Part shown: piece after piece, positions 28,298 through 34,199 of the stretch
Numbering within the stretch: position 1 is the stretch's first letter
Layout: the number at the start of each line of letters is the position of its first letter
DNA from: Desulfobacteraceae bacterium
GTDB lineage: Bacteria > Desulfobacterota > DSM-4660 > Desulfatiglandales > HGW-15
Assembly: GCA_050050615.1 (NCBI GenBank)
Contig: JASFTV010000003.1
Span: 1-34,199, forward strand
Direction: 5' to 3'
DNA: 34,199 nt
The notes under the pieces: model-generated
Databases searched by the model: none
Told to the model about the DNA's origin: nothing
What the model saw: the letters and a program-made list of their open reading frames with translations, nothing else
Translations under genes and position numbers: made by a program

Positions 28298-28401
28298 TCC
28301 TTCTTGCTCCACGCTCGGCTTTTGCGAACCTGACGACGACATTGTTTGAAGTCTCACGCCCGCTCCCCCGACCCATCGGCCTCGCTCGAGCACCGAGGGC
28401 C

Positions 28402-29238
28402 TCAGAGAAGGATCTCCCTTATTCGGTGATAAAGATCCACGAATTTTTCTATCCATCCAGGCATCAACTCAACCAACATTTCTCCTTTCGCGTAAGCTTC
28501 TGCGATACGTCGATCAAAAGGGATCTCCATAAGAATGGGAAGGTCTCGCTCGTTGGCATAGGTTCTCACCGCGTCATCCCCCATATCCGAACGGTTAATG
28601 ATCAATCCGCACGGGATATCGAGTTTCTTTACGGCCCCCACCGCCAGCTCTAAATCGTAGAGGCCGAAGGGCGTTGGTTCCGTGACCAGCAAAATGAAAT
28701 CGGCACCTCTCATGGCTGCGACGACCGGGCATGATGTGCCGGGAGGGGCATCAATAATGGTAAGTTTGTCTGAACGCGTAAAAGAACGAACCTTTCGGAT
28801 CAGGGGTGGAGACATAGCCTCTCCCACCCTCAATCTCCCATGAACGAACTCCAAGCCGTTGCGACGACCCACCTGGATCATGCCCAACTCCCGGCCGACT
28901 TCGCGAATGGCACCCTCAGGGCAGACCTCTACGCATCCACCGCAGCTGTGACAGAGTTCATGAAAGGGTAGGACTGTGCTGCCGATTACCACGATGGCTT
29001 TGAACCGGCATATTTCGTCGCATTTGCCGCACAGGGTGCATCTTTGTTCATCCACCTCAGGAACCGGGGTGGTGATCGTCTCGGTCTTTTCGAATGTGGG
29101 GTGGATGAAAAGGTGGGCATTTGGTTCCTCCACATCGCAATCCAGTAACTGAATGCCTGGTCCCAATGACAAGGCCAGGTTGGTCGCCACAGTCGTTTTC
29201 CCTGTTCCACCCTTACCGCTGGCTATGCTGATTATCAT
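28402..29238 (-). CDS. Second MinD/CobQ-like P-loop ATPase with inserted ferredoxin domain
   Basis: ASGKGGTGKT, DCDVEEPN, CTLCGKCDEIC, CHSCGGCVEVCP, DAPPGTSCP and VTEPTPFG motifs. Confidence 0.9.
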   Translation of the reverse strand: MIISIASGKGGTGKTTVATNLALSLGPGIQLLDCDVEEPNAHLFIHPTFEKTETITTPVPEVDEQRCTLCGKCDEICRFKAIVVIGSTVLPFHELCHSCGGCVEVCPEGAIREVGRELGMIQVGRRNGLEFVHGRLRVGEAMSPPLIRKVRSFTRSDKLTIIDAPPGTSCPVVAAMRGADFILLVTEPTPFGLYDLELAVGAVKKLDIPCGLIINRSDMGDDAVRTYANERDLPILMEIPFDRRIAEAYAKGEMLVELMPGWIEKFVDLYHRIREILL

Positions 29239-29363
29239 TACACAACTCAATTTGTTACTTGCGTCAAATAGTTGACTGCTTAGATGGTTCGTTCACTCTT
29301 GATAGCTCCTTCACTTCTCGACCAACAGACCACTCAACCATTGAAATGTGATCTCTTATTGTT

Positions 29364-29795
29364 CTATGTTTGTTTGATCATATAGTTGTTGAGGGCTTCC
29401 TGCAGCGTCTCTGAAGCAAGAGAAGCGCAATGGGCTTCCTCCTTGGGGATGCCGCCCAGCTTCTCTATGATGGCCTCACCTGTAATTTCCAAAATTTCTT
29501 CAGGTGTCTTCCCAATAGCCATCTCAGCAGCAAAGGAGCCACAAACGGTGATCGCACCACAACCATCTGTCTGAAAAGCGGCTTTATCCACCTGTTCGCC
29601 GTTAAACTTCAGGTAAATCTCTATGGTGTCTCCGCATCGGCCCTGTAAAGAGGCATACCCATCCGGGTCATCTACCGATCCTTTATAGAGCGGATTGAGC
29701 CATCTTTGGTAGGCTGCTTCGCCAAAGGCCTCTTTGGTTTCCTCGAAAATTTGATCCTTGATTTCCTGCACAAAGTCGTCGACCTTATCACTCAT
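29364..29795 (-). CDS. IscU/NifU-N-like Fe-S scaffold protein
   Basis: GRCGDTI, DGCG and HCA provide the three scaffold cysteines. Start at 29795 or 29813. Confidence 0.85.
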   Translation of the reverse strand: MSDKVDDFVQEIKDQIFEETKEAFGEAAYQRWLNPLYKGSVDDPDGYASLQGRCGDTIEIYLKFNGEQVDKAAFQTDGCGAITVCGSFAAEMAIGKTPEEILEITGEAIIEKLGGIPKEEAHCASLASETLQEALNNYMIKQT

Positions 29796-29844
29796 ATGAT
29801 CTCTTTCCTCCATCTATCTTGTCGAGTTCTTTTAAAGCTTTTGA

Positions 29845-29968
29845 CATTCTTGTCCAAGAACGAATCGGTGCTCATGGGAACCTGAATTTTGGGCGCCGGG
29901 GGGTATCTTGTAAATACAGGTACTTAGCTCGTCTAGAAGCCTGGTTTGATTTATCTTGGATAACAGTG
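29845..29968. mobile_element. 124-bp MITE with terminal inverted repeats and a degenerate 9-bp target duplication
   Basis: Ends CATTCTTGTCCAAGA and (reverse complement) CACTGTTATCCAAGA; flanks AGCTTTTGA and AGCCCTTGA. Confidence 0.7.
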
Positions 29969-30006
29969 AGCCCTTGATATGGAATATCAGAAAAGCGAAT
30001 ACCCCC

Positions 30007-30213
30007 TCACTCCCTCGTCATATACGAACCACATTTCGGGCATATGGTCTCAAAACAAGGCCTTCCCCGGTCGTGGGGGACTTTGTGACCGCATTCGGAG
30101 CAGACACATTGGCCGCCAGGACCAAGGCCGCGGCCTCCTCCCACGCCTCTGCCTTTACCCGATGGATCCTGGCCTCTCCCTCTTCCACTCTGGTCCTGTC
30201 CTCTTGGTTTCAT
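30007..30213 (-). CDS. Small Gly/Arg-rich protein with Cys-rich metal-binding C-terminus
   Basis: GPGGQCVCSECG..PHDRGRPC..CPKCG; purine-rich RBS before ATG 30213; co-oriented with the operon. Confidence 0.8.
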   Translation of the reverse strand: MKPRGQDQSGRGRGQDPSGKGRGVGGGRGLGPGGQCVCSECGHKVPHDRGRPCFETICPKCGSYMTRE

Positions 30214-30280
30214 CCTCTCTTCCTCCAAAGAAATAACCGTCCGCTTTCTTGTTTATATAAAATCGGGTAACGATTTTATT

Positions 30281-30328
30281 GAGACTGCCGCATCGTCCCC
30301 GATCGAGTCGGGCACTCCTCGCAATGAC
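30281..30328. repeat. REP-like palindromic element (GTCATTGCGAG type on the minus strand)
   Basis: GAGACTGCCGCATCG-(CCCGATCGAGTCGGG hairpin)-CTCCTCGCAATGAC. Single copy in the window; family recognised from memory only. Confidence 0.5.
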
Positions 30329-30439
30329 GTTATACTGAAATTAACTCAGGCAAAGGGATCCCGGTTGTTAGAGTGACCTAGCAACGACAAAATCGACTCA
30401 CATGATGGAGATAATGATCCTGAAGCTTCACATGTAGAA

Positions 30440-31687
30440 TCAGTGGTCACAAATGTTATTTCCCGTCACCAAGGTGTTTGAAAGGTATTGATGGACCAGC
30501 GACTCGGGAGAATCCGCAGGTGCTCCGGTGACCACTTTGATGCCGTTCTCATTGAACAATTGCTGGGCTCTGGCACCCATGCCCCCGGCGATAATGATCT
30601 GCGCGCCTTGTTCATGGAGCCATCTTGGCAAAACGCCCGGTTCATGGGGCGGTGGCACATGCATCGATTTGCCCTTGATTTTTCCATTCTCAGTTTCAAT
30701 CAGGGCAAACTGCTCGCAATGCCCAAAATGGGCTGAAAGCTTGCCCCCGGCCACTGGGATAGCAAACAACATCTTTGGACCTGTATCAGGCTTTTTAACG
30801 CTTGTTTCCTTTCTTTCCTCCATAAGAGCAGATACCTCCGTCTTCGTAAGTTTTATGATCTGTTCCACCATCTTGTGGAATTGCCGGACAAAGGGAAGCT
30901 GCTGACCATCGAGACTTGCCAGACTGCCCATGTCCCCTCTTTTGACAAACTCAGGCTCTATAGGCAAGCTTGCTAACAGCGGCAAGTTTTCCTTTTTTGC
31001 GATGAATTGGCCTCCACGCGCACTAAACAGATCAATTCTTTTTCCGCAATGCGGACACTCAAGTCCGCTCATATTCTCGACAATACCCAGAATCGCCAAG
31101 TTCACATGTCGGCAAAAATTTATGGACTTTCTTACGTCAGCCAGTGAGATTTCCTGCGGTGTAGTGACAACGATCGCTTTCGCATCCGGTATTGTCTGGG
31201 CTATGGTCAAAGGCTCATCCCCGGTCCCAGGGGGTGAATCAATGATGAGATAGTCCAGATCAGGCCAGTCAATGTCAGAAATAAACTGCCTGATAACGCC
31301 GATTTTGAGGGGCCCTCTCCATATGGTGGCCATGTCCTTGTTTTCGCCCATGAGGGACTCAATGGATATGACCTGCATGTTCGGGATAAAAGTGACGGGA
31401 GTTGCCTTCCCATTTTCTGATACAGACTGAATATTCCCCTTAAGACCCAGCAGTCGCGGTATGCTTGGGCCATGGAGGTCGATGTCCATAAGCCCTACCC
31501 TATGACCCTTTCTGGTAAGTGCTAAAGAGAGATAGGCAGCGATACTGCTTTTGCCTACGCCTCCTTTTCCGCTCATGACCAGAATCTTGTTCTTGATATG
31601 ACTCAACATTTCCTTGATCTCTGCGTCCTGCATCTGATGTTTGTCTTGATGGCTCTTGAACCCTGAAGATTCGTGTCCGTTTGGCAT
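30440..31687 (-). CDS. mrp: Mrp/NBP35 (ApbC) Fe-S carrier ATPase fused to a C-terminal NifB/NifX domain (MrpORP-like)
   Basis: SGKGGVGKS, DIDLHGPS, WRGP, DSPPGTGDE and ENMS..CPHC; C-terminal SAHFGHC and GGMG. ATG 31687 follows GGAGG (ORF track starts at 31699). Confidence 0.9.
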   Translation of the reverse strand: MPNGHESSGFKSHQDKHQMQDAEIKEMLSHIKNKILVMSGKGGVGKSSIAAYLSLALTRKGHRVGLMDIDLHGPSIPRLLGLKGNIQSVSENGKATPVTFIPNMQVISIESLMGENKDMATIWRGPLKIGVIRQFISDIDWPDLDYLIIDSPPGTGDEPLTIAQTIPDAKAIVVTTPQEISLADVRKSINFCRHVNLAILGIVENMSGLECPHCGKRIDLFSARGGQFIAKKENLPLLASLPIEPEFVKRGDMGSLASLDGQQLPFVRQFHKMVEQIIKLTKTEVSALMEERKETSVKKPDTGPKMLFAIPVAGGKLSAHFGHCEQFALIETENGKIKGKSMHVPPPHEPGVLPRWLHEQGAQIIIAGGMGARAQQLFNENGIKVVTGAPADSPESLVHQYLSNTLVTGNNICDH

Positions 31688-31791
31688 GCTCTTTTCCACC
31701 TCCTATTCCTTTGTCTTTCTTAATAGCTTGGCATCGTTCAAAAGTATTGGCACGGCATGAAGCCTTTGCGATGATTCATTTTCATTTCAAA

Positions 31792-31978
31792 GCAGGCCAT
31801 GACCTTTTCGAAAGGGGATATCTCACAAAAAATCCCACCTGACCTTCCAGTGGCCGGAAATTCGGGGTTCCTGCCCGGAAACATCTGGGAATCTCCCATG
31901 AACAGGTTGAACCCCGAATTTCCGGTCACCGTCCAAGAACCAAATAGATATCCCCTTGAGAAAAGTGGGACGGCCTGC
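31792..31978. other. 187-nt nested inverted repeat (rod-like hairpin with central bubble); candidate structured RNA or repeat element
   Basis: Paired arms 31792-31798/31972-31978, 31804-31809/31960-31965, 31812-31823/31946-31957 and 31850-31870/31909-31929. Confidence 0.6.
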
Positions 31979-32037
31979 AAAACGCAGAAGCGCTTCGAAC
32001 CCGGTCCATACCGACACTCTTGAACGTTACTAATAGC

Positions 32038-32475
32038 TTAGGCCTCTGACTGTTTGCCATGGTCTTCTCCTTTTACCCTCGGTCTCTTTTTCAGGGACTT
32101 CTTCAAATCCAAGGACTGGATATTTTGTCTTAAACCATTCCTTTTGAAACCCGGCATCAAGAACCTCGATTGAGATAGATTCCCTTGAAGGCACCCCCGG
32201 ATAACATCCTCTGCATGCCCTGAGATACCTGGGATAACGCTGACACCGGATGCGGTAAGCATCCTTAAAAAGGGGCGTGATACGGCACCGCATATCAGGA
32301 TATCTACGCCCAAGGCTTGAATACGAAAGCGGCGTCGTGATAAGTCGTGTTCATCAAAGTATATTTCAAGGCGAGCCGCCTCACTTTGATCTTCTATATC
32401 AAGAACCAAAAGCCTCGAGGCTGTGTCCAAAACAGGGGATATCTTGTTTTCCCAGATCGGCATGGCTAACCTCAT
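32038..32475 (-). CDS. NifB/NifX-family (FeMo-co-binding fold) protein
   Basis: MRLAMP..ISPVLDTA and GVDILICGAVS motifs. Confidence 0.8.
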   Translation of the reverse strand: MRLAMPIWENKISPVLDTASRLLVLDIEDQSEAARLEIYFDEHDLSRRRFRIQALGVDILICGAVSRPFLRMLTASGVSVIPGISGHAEDVIRGCLQGNLSQSRFLMPGFKRNGLRQNIQSLDLKKSLKKRPRVKGEDHGKQSEA

Positions 32476-32519
32476 AGCAAACCCCCTCTTGCCTCATTCG
32501 GCCTTTTAAAAGAATCGAC

Positions 32520-33077
32520 CTAGCTTTTCTTTTCCAGTTTTCTGATCATGTCTTGAATCTCTTCCATTTGCTTCTTCAGCTCCGAAGCCTGCTCCTTGAG
32601 GAAACTCAACGCCTCCTCTTTGGAAGATGGAGCAGGACCAACCTGATCGAAACCAGACATACGCATACCACGGCCTCTGCCCCTGGCTCGTCCCATGCCT
32701 CGGCCCAAACCACGGCCCATGCCATAATGACCGCTCACATTGGGCTCGCTCGTACTCCTCAGATCACCTCGCCTGTAATTCTCTATGGCCTCTCTTACGC
32801 TTCCTGTCTGACCAACAAACAGTTCAATCCCGGCTGCGGAAAGGGTTCGTAATGCATTCGGGCCACAATTGCCCGTGATGACCACCTTGGCTCCCTTTGA
32901 AACGACAAATTGGGCGGATTGAATGCCAGCACCACCACCCAGAGCAATACTATCATTGGGAAAGGCATCAAAACTCATATCTTCTATTTCTACGATCAGA
33001 AAATAGGCACACCGACCAAAACGCGGGTCAATGAGTGAATCCAATTGATCTCCCTCGGAGCTTACAGCTACCTTCAT
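32520..33077 (-). CDS. NifB/NifX-family (orange protein-like) protein with Gly/Arg-rich linker and C-terminal coiled coil
   Basis: DPRFGRC, GGAGIQSAQ and ITGNCGPNA motifs; tail GMGRGLGRGMG..LKEQASELKKQMEEI. Confidence 0.88.
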   Translation of the reverse strand: MKVAVSSEGDQLDSLIDPRFGRCAYFLIVEIEDMSFDAFPNDSIALGGGAGIQSAQFVVSKGAKVVITGNCGPNALRTLSAAGIELFVGQTGSVREAIENYRRGDLRSTSEPNVSGHYGMGRGLGRGMGRARGRGRGMRMSGFDQVGPAPSSKEEALSFLKEQASELKKQMEEIQDMIRKLEKKS

Positions 33078-33116
33078 TCGCTAGTTTCCCCTTTCATTCT
33101 TGTATTGCCGAAGCTT

Positions 33117-33359
33117 TCAGTCTCGCCTGCACCCTCCTCCTGAAGAGCAGGGAGGCGTTTCGCACCGTTCATCACGACCGCAACAGGTGTGGCCAAGCCT
33201 CCTTTCCATAGTAGATCCGACAAAGGATGATACGGAGATGATCTTTACCATCTCCCCACTTCCACAGTTCCGGCAAACGATCTGTTCATCCTCCCCCGGC
33301 CCGGTTAAAAACTCGGATATGGCGCCGCATGACCTGCATCGATACTCGTAGATCGGCAT
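33117..33359 (-). CDS. FmdB-family zinc-ribbon protein
   Basis: MPIYEYRCRSCG..CRNCGS plus a Cys-rich tail (TCCG..C..PPC..C). Confidence 0.85.
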   Translation of the reverse strand: MPIYEYRCRSCGAISEFLTGPGEDEQIVCRNCGSGEMVKIISVSSFVGSTMERRLGHTCCGRDERCETPPCSSGGGCRRD

Positions 33360-33429
33360 TCCGACCCCCTCTCTGCACGCCGCTCACCCCCGCGTCATAC
33401 GGCACTGAGCAAGCGGCCTTTTCTATGTT

Positions 33430-33792
33430 TCATACCCAATGCCCTTCCACATTCGCCTCTTTGGCTGGGGAATACCTTTCTTCTAGATAGGCCTTGATCG
33501 CATCCTTGATTTTGCCCTTGACGCCCGTCACAACCTCCACACCCGCTGCCTGGAGCACTTTGAAGGCCTTGGGGCCGCAGTTTCCCGTCATGACCACGTC
33601 TGGTTTGTATCCAATGATATTCTGGGCCGACTGGATACCCGCACCTTGTGGAAGGCTCAGGCTCTGTGTGTTCTCGATGACATCAAAAGCCATGGTTTTG
33701 GTATCAACGAGTAAGAATCTCCAAGCTCTGCCAAACCTGGAATCCACTTCAGCCTTGAGATCCTTACCTTGAGTCGTAACGGCGACTCGCAT
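33430..33792 (-). CDS. NifB/NifX-family protein, orange protein (ORP)-like
   Basis: DSRFGRA, QGAGIQSAQ, TGNCGPKAF and C-terminal ANVEGHW; GGAGG RBS. Confidence 0.88.
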   Translation of the reverse strand: MRVAVTTQGKDLKAEVDSRFGRAWRFLLVDTKTMAFDVIENTQSLSLPQGAGIQSAQNIIGYKPDVVMTGNCGPKAFKVLQAAGVEVVTGVKGKIKDAIKAYLEERYSPAKEANVEGHWV

Positions 33793-33851
33793 CTTTCATT
33801 GCACCTCCGTTCTTCTCTTACAGTGTGGGAAAGGGATGTACTTTTTTGAAT

Positions 33852-33867
33852 AGCACTTTCTGTGCCA
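33852..33867 (-). promoter_or_regulatory. Sigma54 -24/-12 promoter (TGGCACAGAAAGTGCT) of the ORP-like operon
   Basis: TGGCAC with GG-N10-GC about 60 nt upstream of ATG 33792. An IHF-like TTTCAAGCCATTA lies at 33894-33906 (minus strand). Confidence 0.78.
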
Positions 33868-33965
33868 CATTCTAAAAGAGGGCAGGTTTATTTTAATGGC
33901 TTGAAATCAGGAAAGAATTCTGTGGAGCACCCCTTCGGTGAAAAAGAGACGAGGCATTAGACACA

Positions 33966-34012
33966 TTTCATTTATGCAATGGTAAAGAGATTAGAGCATA
34001 GCAAATATGCAA
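33966..34012. promoter_or_regulatory. Two imperfect palindromes (consensus TTGCA-N4-TGCAA), candidate activator sites
   Basis: TTTCATTTATGCAA (33966-33979) and TAGCAAATATGCAA (33999-34012), 33 bp apart and 100-145 bp upstream of the -24 box. Confidence 0.5.
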
Positions 34013-34082
34013 CTTTCTTGTGCTTTGTCTGATCGATGGAAATCTATTTGAGATTCAAGAAAGATTGGGTTGTGGAAAGTGC

Positions 34083-34199
34083 CTATTCTGTTTTTCGGTT
34101 TCCCTTTGGTATCTCGATGTTGAGGCGCTTGATTTTGCGCCAGAGCGTGGTTGGATGGATGCCCATTTGGGCGGCCGTGGCCGTCCTGTTCCAGTCGTT
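34083..34199 (-). CDS. C-terminal Fis-type HTH of a probable sigma54 activator (partial; OrpR-like by context)
   Basis: Not in the ORF track. Manual translation gives NDWNRTATAAQMGIHPTTLWRKIKRLNIEIPKGNRKTE*, a typical enhancer-binding-protein HTH. Confidence 0.8.
   Translation of the reverse strand, partial: NDWNRTATAAQMGIHPTTLWRKIKRLNIEIPKGNRKTE

Noticed and set aside
31748-31770. Sigma54-like TGGCACGG upstream of the hairpin
   Set aside because: GG-to-GC spacing is 11 rather than the required 10.
31738-32023. Small ORFs at 31738-31980, 31799-32023 and 31823-32017
   Set aside because: They overlap the long inverted repeat on both strands and have no motifs; the DNA symmetry is the better-supported feature.
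428-33772. Numerous 60-230 aa ORFs antisense to or out of frame within the called genes
   Set aside because: They are shadows of well-supported genes and carry no recognisable motifs.
29364-33792. Nitrogen fixation cluster
   Set aside because: NifX-fold and NifU-like domains occur without nifHDK/ENB; the composition matches ORP-like loci.
1-34199. CRISPR array, tRNA, rRNA, riboswitch or prophage genes
   Set aside because: No regularly spaced repeats or recognisable RNA or phage signatures were seen by eye; a covariance-model scan was not possible.

Overview
Chromosomal fragment whose gene content suggests an anaerobic Desulfobacterota (deltaproteobacterial) host; this is an inference. It has three blocks. 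(1) 185-10324: a minus-strand housekeeping run (yjbQ, phoH, 7TM-HD pgpH-like, ybeY, pdxJ, acpS, nnr, tsaE) plus an MFS exporter. (2) 10666-26961: a ~16-kb signalling/redox island with four histidine kinases lacking obvious transmembrane segments, two sigma54 activators, two sigma54 promoters, a lipoyl-less Cys-rich GcvH-like protein and an archaemetzincin. At its centre is a 1440-aa protein with two intact receiver domains fused to an HdrA/HdrL-type flavo-Fe-S oxidoreductase, with no hdrBC or mvhD beside it. (3) 27431-34199: an Orange-protein (ORP)-like Fe-S cluster with three NifB/NifX-family proteins, an Mrp-NifX fusion, two ferredoxin-inserted MinD-like ATPases and an IscU-like protein, under a sigma54 promoter. 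Intergenic DNA carries two families of MITE-like repeats, a REP-like element and an unexplained 187-nt rod-shaped inverted repeat. The best candidate for a new system is a phosphorylation-controlled (or redox-signalling) HdrA/HdrL enzyme wired into a multi-kinase sigma54 network. All calls come from motif reading; no searches were run.
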